A stretch of 44,035 nt of DNA. It comes from a phage. The first letter of the stretch is position 1. The number at the start of each line of letters is the position of its first letter. The position numbers and the translations under genes were made by a program. Shown one piece after another: positions 8,296 through 17,913 of the stretch. The stretch lies in sequence record PZ179884.1; one strand, 5' to 3'. Below the pieces are notes generated by a model. The model had not been told where the DNA came from, searched no databases, and was given only the letters and a program-made list of their open reading frames with translations.

Positions 8296-9422
8296 CCCAG
8301 CATCTCCGGTGAAATAGTTAAACGTGCGACCTCACCATATTCGGCGCTATAAGTAATTACGTTTGCACTACGGCCTGACATCCACCCGCCGCGTGAGGCG
8401 TAGGCATCTTTAGCCGCTAAAGTGCGGTGTTGTTCAACAATCATGTTACGGCTTTCTACAATCTTCTGATGGTGCAGGTGGCCTACGTGGGCGTAGCTGT
8501 AAACACTCTCACCGAACGCTTTGCGGAACTTGGCAATCATAACCGGTTCGATAGCATCGAATCGCGCCTTATGCCCGTGGTGAAAGAACAACGTCGTTTT
8601 TCCGTGTTGCACCATCTTGTAAACATCCGGCGACGTATCGACAATCACTCGGCTGTCGTTCGAATATAAAACTGTGAACATTTCAGCCAGCCATACAGAG
8701 CCTACAGGGTCATGGTTCCCCTGTACGATAAGCAAGCGAACATTTTTATGTTTAACCAGTGCCATATCTACAACACGGCGTACCATACGAATCATGTAGC
8801 GGACGAGTTTCTGGTAGCGAGTGTCTGCGTCCAACACGTGACGCGACTCAGGTGTAACGGCATCCAGACTATCGAAGTGCGCGAAATCACCCAGCAGGTT
8901 AATAACTCCTGTTCCTGCATCCGGTGCTTTCTGAAACGCCGCGTCGAACCAACGAGAGAACAGGTCTTCCGCAATCTTTATATCCCAGTCGTCGCCGCTC
9001 TCGTCGGCCCAGGCAAGCATACCGAGATGGAAATCAGATACCGTGTAAAGATTGAGTAGCTTGTCGTCGCGTTTGGCTCGAGTCGCTTTAGCCGGCGCAA
9101 CTGGCGTAATCTCTGACTTCATGCCTTCAATCACGGCTTTCATCAACTCGACCTGACGTTCAGCGTCGGTGTCTGTCTTAACCCATTGCAACTTAGTATT
9201 GCCGAACTCGTCTACCAGAGACGACGTCCCTTTAATCTTGTAGCCGTCTGGGACAAGGTGGCTAACGTCACGCCCGTGGCCTACACCTTTCTTAGCCAGC
9301 TTCGCTTTACGGATACGAATAACTCGGTCTGAGATGCCGTATTTACGGGCGATGTCTACATTCTTCATCCCGGCGTTCAATTCTTCCTGTAACTGTTCGT
9401 CGGTTATTTTCTTCTGAGCCAT
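8292..9422 (-). CDS. N-terminal HTH domain fused to calcineurin-like metallophosphoesterase (376 aa)
   Basis: HTH-like NVDIARKYGISDRVIRIRK; phosphoesterase motifs SDFHLG, GDFAHFD, GNHD, HHGH, GHLHH in canonical order; RBS GAGGAA. Confidence 0.6.
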   Translation of the reverse strand: MAQKKITDEQLQEELNAGMKNVDIARKYGISDRVIRIRKAKLAKKGVGHGRDVSHLVPDGYKIKGTSSLVDEFGNTKLQWVKTDTDAERQVELMKAVIEGMKSEITPVAPAKATRAKRDDKLLNLYTVSDFHLGMLAWADESGDDWDIKIAEDLFSRWFDAAFQKAPDAGTGVINLLGDFAHFDSLDAVTPESRHVLDADTRYQKLVRYMIRMVRRVVDMALVKHKNVRLLIVQGNHDPVGSVWLAEMFTVLYSNDSRVIVDTSPDVYKMVQHGKTTLFFHHGHKARFDAIEPVMIAKFRKAFGESVYSYAHVGHLHHQKIVESRNMIVEQHRTLAAKDAYASRGGWMSGRSANVITYSAEYGEVARLTISPEMLG

Positions 9423-9487
9423 GCTTACTTCCTCGTGTTTAGGATTTGTCCTATTTAACCACAGTGGATTCCTTTAAATAAAGGCAA

Positions 9488-9814
9488 CTATTTACTTTCT
9501 GCGCCTATCGCCCACCCTGTCATTACCATTTGCAGACGGGTGGCTGTCAGTAGGCTATAGAAAGCATCTCCGTTTTTCTCTACCGAACGTATCACTGTGT
9601 AGGTTACGGCCTGCGGGGGTAGGCCCGATTTACCAACCTCCACGGCGGCCTCACACTCGCGAACTGTAGAGTCCTTGAACGCCTTTACAATAGTAGGGTC
9701 GGCTTTCTCGAGCACACCAGAAGTCATAAGAACAGATTCACTAAATACCTGTTCGCACGGGGCTCCAAAAGTAGCAAAAGACATAAACCCCAGAGCTAAT
9801 ACTAATTTACGCAT
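9488..9814 (-). CDS. Secreted / periplasmic protein (108 aa)
   Basis: N-terminal signal peptide MRKLVLALGFMSFATFGA; RBS GAGGG 8 nt upstream. Confidence 0.5.
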   Translation of the reverse strand: MRKLVLALGFMSFATFGAPCEQVFSESVLMTSGVLEKADPTIVKAFKDSTVRECEAAVEVGKSGLPPQAVTYTVIRSVEKNGDAFYSLLTATRLQMVMTGWAIGAESK

Positions 9815-9842
9815 AATTATACCCTCAGTAAGTTACTGGTGA

Positions 9843-9871
9843 ATAGTACCCTATTATATTGGGGCGCGCAA
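9843..9871 (-). promoter_or_regulatory. Class B promoter (minus strand: TTGCGC -17- TACTAT) driving the antisense island
   Basis: Spacer CCCCAATATAATAGGG is near-identical to the class B promoter at 32856-32884. Confidence 0.55.
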
Positions 9872-9978
9872 GTAGTGTGTTAGAATAAGTTTGCGCCTAG
9901 TGTCGCACACGAAAAGCGGGTGGTTCCCGCCGGGCGCATTAACCATAACCAGTAACCTCTTAACCAAAGGACTAAAGA

Positions 9979-10395
9979 ATGAAACTTTCTGATTTCTATT
10001 TTGCCGACCGCCACGCCGCCGGTACTAAAATGCCTATCCTTCTGCCGAGTGGTAAAGACTCCGGTGAATGGTTGCAGGTCATCGGCCCCGATTGTGACGC
10101 TGGTGTTCGTGCAGGCCGCGCCTACACAACGGCAATTCGACGCCTTACGGAAGAACTTGCGCCCTTAGATAAAGAGTGTGAGGCACTGAATAACTGGGCG
10201 CGCTATAACGATGAGAAGGGCTGGCGGGTGATGGACCTGAACAAGCAGCTTGCCGTGGAAATTGTCACCGGTTGGTCATTCGACGAACCATTCAGCAAAG
10301 AGGCGCTGGCTAACCTGTTCGACCAGTACAGTGGACTGGCTGAGGCGGTAGTTAAGCACCACACCGACAGCCGCGAGAAACTATCGGAAAAGTAA
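9979..10395 (+). CDS. Tail assembly chaperone (G-like)
   Basis: Position directly upstream of tape measure gene; ends at a candidate slippery site. Confidence 0.5.
   Translation: MKLSDFYFADRHAAGTKMPILLPSGKDSGEWLQVIGPDCDAGVRAGRAYTTAIRRLTEELAPLDKECEALNNWARYNDEKGWRVMDLNKQLAVEIVTGWSFDEPFSKEALANLFDQYSGLAEAVVKHHTDSREKLSEK
10386..10392 (+). other. Candidate -1 programmed frameshift site G_GAA_AAG
   Basis: Heptamer sits immediately before the stop codon (10393-10395); the -1 frame is open from 10356 to 10757. Confidence 0.4.
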
Positions 10396-10757
10396 AAGCG
10401 CTGTATGAATTTGCGCAATGGTGTTTTGTTGACCGCCACAAACGTAAGCAATTCGACGACATCGCGGCAGGGCACCAGGCGGCTTTGATTGCAATGGGCG
10501 TGATTAAAGAACCGCAGATGAAAGAAACGACGGGGCCTGAATGCCCCGTTTCTCTTATCGACGTGTTCGATAAATACCGTGCCATTAAATTCCTACAGCG
10601 CGAAACAGATGATACTATCGTTATAATCCCGCGCGATGCGCTCAAATGGCAAGATTTGGCTGCGTTTCGCGATGTCGCCGGTTACGGCATAAGTTTGTTC
10701 GAAGCCGAGGTTATCATGGGCTTAGACGGAATATTTGAGGGCAGAGAAGATGGCTGA
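10392..10757 (+). CDS. -1 frame extension of the tail assembly chaperone (GT-like fusion product)
   Basis: Track ORF 10485-10757 (TTG start) lies in the -1 frame, has no convincing own start, and ends overlapping the tape measure start. Confidence 0.4.
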   Translation, partial: VKALYEFAQWCFVDRHKRKQFDDIAAGHQAALIAMGVIKEPQMKETTGPECPVSLIDVFDKYRAIKFLQRETDDTIVIIPRDALKWQDLAAFRDVAGYGISLFEAEVIMGLDGIFEGREDG

Positions 10758-13062
10758 TACGGCTTCCCTAATTGCCAGAGTAAAAACAGAAGGTGCTGAC
10801 GTAGCTGCCAAACAGCTTGACGCTATGGCGGCATCCGCAGCCCGGGCGGACACATCGGTAAATAAACTAGCTCCGGATGTTAATAAAGTAAACTCCGCTA
10901 CGTCTAAAGCTGCCTCTGACGGTTTCGCTAAGTTCCGTAACGCCGCAGGGCAGGTGGGCTTCCAGGTACAGGACATGGTTGTCCAGTTGCAGTCCGGTAC
11001 GTCTGCATTCGTAGCAATCGGGCAACAAGGTTCGCAGCTTGCGGGTGCTTTCGGCCCTGGTGGTGCGGTGCTTGGAGCTGTAATTGCTCTTGCGTCAGCA
11101 ATCGGTGGTGTCCTGTACAAATCGCTAACCGAAGCAGAAGGCAGTTCAAAAGACCTCGAAGCCGCGCAGAAACAGTTAAAAGACACCTTCCAGCAAACGG
11201 CATCCGGTTCTCTTGAACTGACAGATGGCCTTATCCAGCTTACCCAAATCAGCAGAGAAGCAGCGGAGACTCAGCTTGCTCTGGCTAAGGCTAACGCGGA
11301 CCTTATCGCGCAGCAAACCGCTAAAGCTGTTCGTGAAGATGCCGAATCATGGGAAACGTGGAAAGCCTCCACGGCATCGGCGATTAGCCAGTATGATGCA
11401 TTAGTCTCTAAGGGCGCAGATGTAGGCGACACATTAGAAAAACTCGGCGGCACTTACGAGGGCAACATCGTAGGCGTCAACATGCTGGCGCAGAATATCG
11501 CGGAGCTTAGCAGTAAGTTCGGAGTTAACCGTGACCAGGCGCTGGAGATGATAGCGGCGCAGAGTGCGTTTAACAAAGAGCCAACCGCCGAGAATGCCCG
11601 TCGCATCGCCGATGTGTTTACCGACTGGCTCGGTAACACAAAACAGTTGAACCCGGAACTTATCCGCCTGACGGACAACGCCAACAAGAACGCCACGGCA
11701 CTGGAGAACGCGGAGAAGTCAGCAAACGCGGCGGCAGAGGCCCAAAAGAATCTTGGTCGTAACGTCAACTCAACAACGCAGAGATTCCAGGAACAGAACG
11801 AAGCTATCGTCAAAAACCAGCAAATCGCTATCTTAAGTGACCGCGAGCGTATCCGTGCGCAAGCTGAACTGGATAAGCAGGCGTTCGCTAAACGTGAAGC
11901 TGTCACCAAAGAACAGATAGCCGCGTATAATGCGGCCCGCGACGCGGAAGCGCAGCAAGACATCGCCCGCATTGACAAGACCGAGAAAGAGAAGGCCGAC
12001 CGCGAGGCTAAATCGAACGAGGAACGTCTGGCGGCACAAGCCAAACGCGAAGAAACAGCGGCACAACGTCAGAAAAAAGCGGCGGAAGATTTCCTGGCTA
12101 CTGTCGACCGCACAACCGGAGATGAGATTTCGCGCATTACCGCTGCGGAAGAACAGAAACTGGCGAAACTGGAGGAGTTCAACCGCGCCGGAACGATAAG
12201 CCAGCAGCAGTATGAAAACGCCAAAACTCAAATTATGCTCACAGCCGAGCAGGCCAGACAGGAAGAACTGGATAAGAAAAGAAAAGAGCAGCAGGAAAAG
12301 CAGCAGAAAGGCGAGGACTTCATGGCGCAGATTATGGGTCAGAACGCTACTGAGCTTGAGCTTCTCGACATCCAGGAACAGCAGAAACTGGAGGTAGCGG
12401 ATAAGTACCGTGAGCAGGGGCTTATTAGTGAGAAGCAGTACCAGGCGGCGCTTAACGCCATCAATGAGCAGTATGCTACGAAGCGTGCCGACGCAACGGC
12501 AACCGCCTTCGGTAACATGGCTTCAAACATCGGTTCGGCTTTGGGCGAGGCTTCTGGCGCGTATAAGGCATTCGCTATCGTACAGGCCACTATCGCCACG
12601 TACACCGCGGCTATCGAGGCGTACAAGTCCACAGCGGCTATCCCTGTAGTTGGTCCGTTCCTGGCTCCTGTAGCTGCCGCCGCTGCCGTTGGGGCGGGTA
12701 TGGCGCAGATTTCCGCTATCAGGTCCGCACGTGAACAGGGCGGACAGTTATCAGCCGGGCAGGCTTCCACCATCGCTGAACGTGGTAAACCAGAAGTTAT
12801 CATGCCCGCTGGTGCGTCACGTGTACGCACCGCACAGCAGATGAAAGAAATTATGGGGCAAAACGGGTCTTCTTCCGGCCCATCTAATGTTACCATTGTA
12901 AATAATACATCGAGTCAGATTGGCAACGTATCCACCGAGCAGGATGATGAAGGCCGTCTGCGTATCATCATAGAAGAGCAAGTTGCTGCATCTTTGCAGA
13001 ATAGCAACAGTAAGATTAGCAAGGCCCGCAAGGCCACAAGAAACGCGCCGGGGTTTAAATAA
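10750..13062 (+). CDS. Tail tape measure protein
   Basis: ATG at 10750 (track start 10735); long Ala/Gln/Glu-rich helical protein with Gly/Ala-rich hydrophobic stretches. Confidence 0.75.
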   Translation: MADTASLIARVKTEGADVAAKQLDAMAASAARADTSVNKLAPDVNKVNSATSKAASDGFAKFRNAAGQVGFQVQDMVVQLQSGTSAFVAIGQQGSQLAGAFGPGGAVLGAVIALASAIGGVLYKSLTEAEGSSKDLEAAQKQLKDTFQQTASGSLELTDGLIQLTQISREAAETQLALAKANADLIAQQTAKAVREDAESWETWKASTASAISQYDALVSKGADVGDTLEKLGGTYEGNIVGVNMLAQNIAELSSKFGVNRDQALEMIAAQSAFNKEPTAENARRIADVFTDWLGNTKQLNPELIRLTDNANKNATALENAEKSANAAAEAQKNLGRNVNSTTQRFQEQNEAIVKNQQIAILSDRERIRAQAELDKQAFAKREAVTKEQIAAYNAARDAEAQQDIARIDKTEKEKADREAKSNEERLAAQAKREETAAQRQKKAAEDFLATVDRTTGDEISRITAAEEQKLAKLEEFNRAGTISQQQYENAKTQIMLTAEQARQEELDKKRKEQQEKQQKGEDFMAQIMGQNATELELLDIQEQQKLEVADKYREQGLISEKQYQAALNAINEQYATKRADATATAFGNMASNIGSALGEASGAYKAFAIVQATIATYTAAIEAYKSTAAIPVVGPFLAPVAAAAAVGAGMAQISAIRSAREQGGQLSAGQASTIAERGKPEVIMPAGASRVRTAQQMKEIMGQNGSSSGPSNVTIVNNTSSQIGNVSTEQDDEGRLRIIIEEQVAASLQNSNSKISKARKATRNAPGFK

Positions 13063-14462
13063 TGAGCGACTTATATTTCCCACGTAGCCTTAAGCCGGTG
13101 GTATCGAAAGGCTACTCAATGACCAGACGTAACAACGTCTGGAGTGTAGATTTAGCTGGTGGCGGTGTACGTCAGGGGCGCGACACGTATTACGACGTGT
13201 TCCCGATAAGCGTAACTCTGATTACATCGGCACTGGGACGGCAGGCGTTTCTGTCGTTCCTCGAAAAAGTAGACGGCGGTGCGTCAAGTTTCTGGATGGC
13301 GCACGACTTCGGCATGGGTATTGAAGATTATCAGGTAACCATCACGTCCACCATCGCGGAGTCCACCGAAGACGGCATTAACTGGACGATTACTTTCACG
13401 GCAACCGCCGAGAAATCCCCGTTCCAGGACCTCGAGAACCAGTGTCTTGTCAATAATCTGCCGGATTTGTATGGTTGCTATGGTGACGGGCTGGGGTGTT
13501 TCCTGAAAATATACGCGAACTATGAGACAACGTTCCCGCGAATCTGGAGTAATGAAGGCCCTGCCGGATATCCGCCGATTAACCTTCTGGCGTCGACTCT
13601 TGATAGCCGCATTGTGTATGAAGGGCCGCAGGTTTATTACATCAACCGCAACGGCAATCTTGTGCAGTCCGCCACTAATGAATGGCCTCTTACGTTTATC
13701 GATGGAGTTGCTGTTGGGCGTGTACCACCGGAAAAGGCGGCTACCAATGTGGTAGAACATTCTAACAACTTACTATCTACATCATTTTCGCGCACCAGAA
13801 CAACAACTACGGCGAGTTCTTTGGCGTTATTCCAAGAAACTTATGCTGCTAAATTAACCGCAACGTCGGTATCAGGTAACCATTATATAAACAAGGCAGA
13901 GGCCCCAGAACAAGAAACAAGATACTCTATTAGTGCTATTATAAAAGCAGATGAGTACCAGTCGGCAGCGGTAGCCATCGGCAACCGAGCCGCTTTAGAT
14001 AATTTCCAGTATGCCTATGTTGACTTAGCCTCCGGCTATTTGATATCAGGCGACACCTCAAGGTCGTTCGTAAGCAATCTTGGTGGTGGGTGGTATCACG
14101 TTTCAATGTCAGCGGACACTAACGACTCCGGCGGATTGATTTATTCGCAGATAAACATGTTGTCTCCGTCTAACTCCCTCACCTTCACAGGGGATGATGT
14201 CAGTGGGTTCATTATAGCCCTAATCCAGATGGAGCCTTCAGAGTTTGCCTCCTCCCCGATAGTGACCGAGGAGTCACCGGTAACTCGTCCAACGGCATCA
14301 GCAAAAGTGGCAATGAACGGCGCGACAAGCATCGACATTACCTATTCCGACGGCTCTGTGGTAAACGTTCTGGCGGCAGATGATTACGCAACCATCCCGC
14401 AGGCTGATTCCGCGTGGGGTAGCAAGTACATCACTCGTATTGATTTTAATGTGGACGGTTAA
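13062..14462 (+). CDS. Minor tail protein with lambda gpM-like N-terminus and ~340 aa C-terminal extension
   Basis: N-terminal SVTL...FLSFLEKVDGGASSFW resembles lambda M as recalled; 466 aa total. Confidence 0.45.
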   Translation: MSDLYFPRSLKPVVSKGYSMTRRNNVWSVDLAGGGVRQGRDTYYDVFPISVTLITSALGRQAFLSFLEKVDGGASSFWMAHDFGMGIEDYQVTITSTIAESTEDGINWTITFTATAEKSPFQDLENQCLVNNLPDLYGCYGDGLGCFLKIYANYETTFPRIWSNEGPAGYPPINLLASTLDSRIVYEGPQVYYINRNGNLVQSATNEWPLTFIDGVAVGRVPPEKAATNVVEHSNNLLSTSFSRTRTTTTASSLALFQETYAAKLTATSVSGNHYINKAEAPEQETRYSISAIIKADEYQSAAVAIGNRAALDNFQYAYVDLASGYLISGDTSRSFVSNLGGGWYHVSMSADTNDSGGLIYSQINMLSPSNSLTFTGDDVSGFIIALIQMEPSEFASSPIVTEESPVTRPTASAKVAMNGATSIDITYSDGSVVNVLAADDYATIPQADSAWGSKYITRIDFNVDG

Positions 14463-14465
14463 TTT

Positions 14466-14981
14466 ATGAGCCAGGAATCTGTAGAAGCCGCCTATCGCCG
14501 TAAGCTGGCCTCAAATCCCGACGGCGAGATGGACTACATCACGTTGCAAATCAGCCACCCGTTGTTGTCAAAGACGTACTATCTTGTTCGTGGGCTACAG
14601 GAACTCACGGCAACACTGGAGACAGGCGAAATTATCACGTTCGAGCCAACCCCGATGGAGGCGTCGGGGGCGGCTAACAACAGTGATATGGACCAGACGA
14701 CTACGTTTACTTTACCGGATATTCTCAATCAACTTGACGATGAGATGGATAAAATCCCTATGAGTAACACCGAGTTGCCGAAGTTCGTCTTCCGTCGTTA
14801 CGTCAGCACAGACCTGTCTTATCCGGCTGACGGTCCTGTCATGTATGAGTTGCAGGCCATCAACCAGGAGAAGGGCGAGTTCTCCGCGGATGTTGGTACA
14901 CCTATGCTGAACCAGCGAAGCACTGGTATACTGATGACACCTAAAGAGATACCGTTATTACGCGGCCTGTTGACCACATGA
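14466..14981 (+). CDS. Minor tail protein (171 aa)
   Basis: ORF track; tail module position. Confidence 0.4.
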   Translation: MSQESVEAAYRRKLASNPDGEMDYITLQISHPLLSKTYYLVRGLQELTATLETGEIITFEPTPMEASGAANNSDMDQTTTFTLPDILNQLDDEMDKIPMSNTELPKFVFRRYVSTDLSYPADGPVMYELQAINQEKGEFSADVGTPMLNQRSTGILMTPKEIPLLRGLLTT

Positions 14982-15343
14982 ATATTAACGACTACACGGG
15001 CATACCTTACGACTTTCGCAAGCGCAATTGCTGGCATCACGTTCGCATTGTACGGGCCGATGCCGGGTTAGAAACCCCGGCGTTCGACGTTACAAGCCCA
15101 ACGGCGATTAACGAAGCGTTCGACGAAGGCCATCGTGACACGAAGGGGCTTACAAAAATTGATAAGCCTGAAAACTTCTGTGCGGTTCTTATGGGGTATC
15201 GCCGTGGCGGTCGTATCGTGTGGCACGCGGGAGTTTACTTCGACGGGATGGTGAGTCATTGCGAGCTTGCGTCCCGTCAGGTACGGCTTGACAGGCTGGC
15301 GGATCTCAGAGACACGTACACGGAGATTGAATTTTGGCGATAA
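14978..15343 (+). CDS. Minor tail / tail assembly protein (121 aa)
   Basis: ORF track; Cys and His rich (CWHH), possibly a peptidase-like tail assembly protein. Confidence 0.35.
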   Translation: MNINDYTGIPYDFRKRNCWHHVRIVRADAGLETPAFDVTSPTAINEAFDEGHRDTKGLTKIDKPENFCAVLMGYRRGGRIVWHAGVYFDGMVSHCELASRQVRLDRLADLRDTYTEIEFWR

Positions 15344-17901
15344 TCCTGCACTACACGCGAAACGCTGATGGCGCTTTCAACCGTACAAAACACGTCGGGA
15401 TGCCGATGGAGTTTGTCGTTAACCGTATCCCGGACGGCGTTCCGGTACGCGTCTATCTTGGCGAGATTGGTGATGATACTGATGTTACAGACGACTTCGA
15501 CGCGCTCAAAGACGAGGACGCCGTGTACCACATTATTGAGGGCGCTGGCGGCGGCATTGGCGACGCCATCGGGAGTGTATTCAGTTTCATCCTTAAGCCA
15601 ATCGCCAAATTGTTCGGGCTAAACACAGCGGCTAACGCTAATTATTCCGCTACCAACAATCAGGCTACGTCGCCTAACAACAGTCTCACCGACCGCTCAA
15701 ACAAGCCACGACCTTATGAGCGTTCCTATGATATCTGCGGGACAGTGCAGACCATCCCCAATGACCTGATGCAGACATATAAGGTGTTTAATGCCGCGGG
15801 TGCGCTTATTGAATATGCGTACTATGACGCCGGTCGAGGGTATCTGCATATTGAGGAAGACGGTGTAACTGAGGCAGATACCCGAATCAGCGAGATAACT
15901 GGCTCGTCGGTGACGGTGTATTCTCCTTACACTTCGCCGAATAACACCAGCACACCACAATTGCATATCGGCGACCCTATAGACCAGAAATTGTACGTTA
16001 CATTTAAAAACGCCGATGTCGATGGCGCTGTTCTTCCCGCCCCTAATGATATCGCTATAGACGTGCAGGACTACACTGTCCAGCGGCAGGGAACAACCGG
16101 CGTTGTAGTAGGCGATGACGCTGGTTTCGATGAGTTTTTGGCGGTCGGGGACCTGGCATACTTCGATAACGTATATGCAGATACAACCCCAGGGTCTTTG
16201 GGTAATGAGGTTAACCTGGACGGGAGGTACACGGTTCTTTCGGTTAGTGAAACCACCCTTATTGTGGACGTCAGTACAAATCAATCAGTATGGAACCAGC
16301 TAGGGGCGTCTGTGTGGTTTATAGGTGAAGAGGGTAACCATCTTATAGGCCCGGCGGACACTTACGCGGCTTCTCTCTCTGAATGGGCGTACATCACCCG
16401 CGGTACTGTCGACCGTGTTGTAGCCAATGTCGCCGCCAGCAACGGCATGTATAAATACAACGGCGACTATAACCGCGCTTCAGTGACAGTGGAACTGCAA
16501 TACCAGATGGTTGATGAGCTGAAACAGCCTGTAGGCGATATATTTACTGTACAAGGAACCGTAACAGGCCGGAACACGGATTACACAGGTATTACTCTTT
16601 ACGGAAGTTTACCAACTGCTTCCAGATTCCGCGCCCGTATGCGTCGTGTTTCCGACACCGATAAAGATTTTGAAGGTACTGTTAGTGATGAGGTTACTTT
16701 CACTAATCTGTACGGGCAGTCTCTGGACACAACCCCACACTACGGCAACAGAACCACCGTACACTGCGCTCGTAAACAAACGCCACGTGCCGCGGAGGTG
16801 TCAGAACCGGAACTACGCATGATAGCAACCGAGATGTGTTACAAATACTTAGGTAACGGCATATTCGATACTGTAATGACCACAAATACTCAGGCGGTGC
16901 AGTCGCTAATCAGACTGGCCCGTGACCCGGCGGTAGGTAACTTAGAACTGACAACCGCAAACATGGACAAGTTACTCGCTGTGCAGGAAGAAATTGAGTC
17001 CTATTTCGGCAGTGAATTAGCGGGACAATTCTGCTACACGTTCGACGACTACGACACCACGATGCAGGACATCGTTCAGACTATAGCGGAAGCCGTGTTC
17101 TGTACTGCGTACCGTAAAGGTGCGGATATTATGCTGCGATTCGACCGTCCGGTTGCTGGGCCTGAGATGGTGTTCACCCACCGCAGCAAAACTACTGGTA
17201 CAGAGAAATGGACGCGCACGTTCAACGATTCGACAACCTATGATAGCCTGTCGTTCTCATACATCGACCCGGATACTAACGTACAGGAAACGATTTATAT
17301 CCCGGAAGAACTCGGAGCAAACACCGAGGAATATGAATCGAAGGGCGTACGTAACTATCAGCAGGCATATTGGCTGGCGTGGCGTCGCTACCAGCGCAAC
17401 GCGTTAAGTAAAGTTGTCGTAGAGTTCGAAGCTACCGAAGAGGGGGCACTCGCTACACCGGGCGGCGTAATCAGCGTGGTTAAAGGCTCACGCATCGCGC
17501 CGCAGGATGGTTATGTTGTTGCCGTTAACGGGCTTACGCTTACGCTGTCTCAGCCAGTTACGTTTACCCCCGGAGACGACCACTCCATCATCCTCAAGAA
17601 GCGCGATGGCTCTGTGCAGAGTATCTCGGTTATCAAAGGAAGCCACGACCGCGAGGTGATTATGCTCTCCGCGCCGGAAGAAGCAATCTACACGGGGAAT
17701 AGCGCGCTAAAAACTGAGTTTTCATTCGGCAACGAAGCAAGGCATAATGCTCAGAAGATAGTTGTTTCTTCAATCGACCCCGGCGACGACCGCACGGTCA
17801 AGATTACGGGCTACAACTATGATGACGGATTCTATAAATACGACGGCGTCGCGCCATACGGCAGCGGTTTCTCCGACGGATTCAGCAATGGTTTTAATTA
17901 A
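15334..17901 (+). CDS. Tail tip / central fibre protein (855 aa)
   Basis: Large protein after the minor tail genes and before the tailspike. Confidence 0.5.
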   Translation: MAIILHYTRNADGAFNRTKHVGMPMEFVVNRIPDGVPVRVYLGEIGDDTDVTDDFDALKDEDAVYHIIEGAGGGIGDAIGSVFSFILKPIAKLFGLNTAANANYSATNNQATSPNNSLTDRSNKPRPYERSYDICGTVQTIPNDLMQTYKVFNAAGALIEYAYYDAGRGYLHIEEDGVTEADTRISEITGSSVTVYSPYTSPNNTSTPQLHIGDPIDQKLYVTFKNADVDGAVLPAPNDIAIDVQDYTVQRQGTTGVVVGDDAGFDEFLAVGDLAYFDNVYADTTPGSLGNEVNLDGRYTVLSVSETTLIVDVSTNQSVWNQLGASVWFIGEEGNHLIGPADTYAASLSEWAYITRGTVDRVVANVAASNGMYKYNGDYNRASVTVELQYQMVDELKQPVGDIFTVQGTVTGRNTDYTGITLYGSLPTASRFRARMRRVSDTDKDFEGTVSDEVTFTNLYGQSLDTTPHYGNRTTVHCARKQTPRAAEVSEPELRMIATEMCYKYLGNGIFDTVMTTNTQAVQSLIRLARDPAVGNLELTTANMDKLLAVQEEIESYFGSELAGQFCYTFDDYDTTMQDIVQTIAEAVFCTAYRKGADIMLRFDRPVAGPEMVFTHRSKTTGTEKWTRTFNDSTTYDSLSFSYIDPDTNVQETIYIPEELGANTEEYESKGVRNYQQAYWLAWRRYQRNALSKVVVEFEATEEGALATPGGVISVVKGSRIAPQDGYVVAVNGLTLTLSQPVTFTPGDDHSIILKKRDGSVQSISVIKGSHDREVIMLSAPEEAIYTGNSALKTEFSFGNEARHNAQKIVVSSIDPGDDRTVKITGYNYDDGFYKYDGVAPYGSGFSDGFSNGFN

Positions 17902-17913
17902 AGAGGACTCTAT

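Noticed and set aside
11454-12896. Several minus-strand ORFs (196, 185, 132 aa) opposite the tape measure gene
   Set aside because: Ala/Ser/Cys-rich reverse-frame artefacts of the repetitive Ala/Gln/Glu-rich tape measure gene.
15697-16284. 195-aa minus-strand ORF inside the tail tip gene
   Set aside because: Antisense shadow; no start context.
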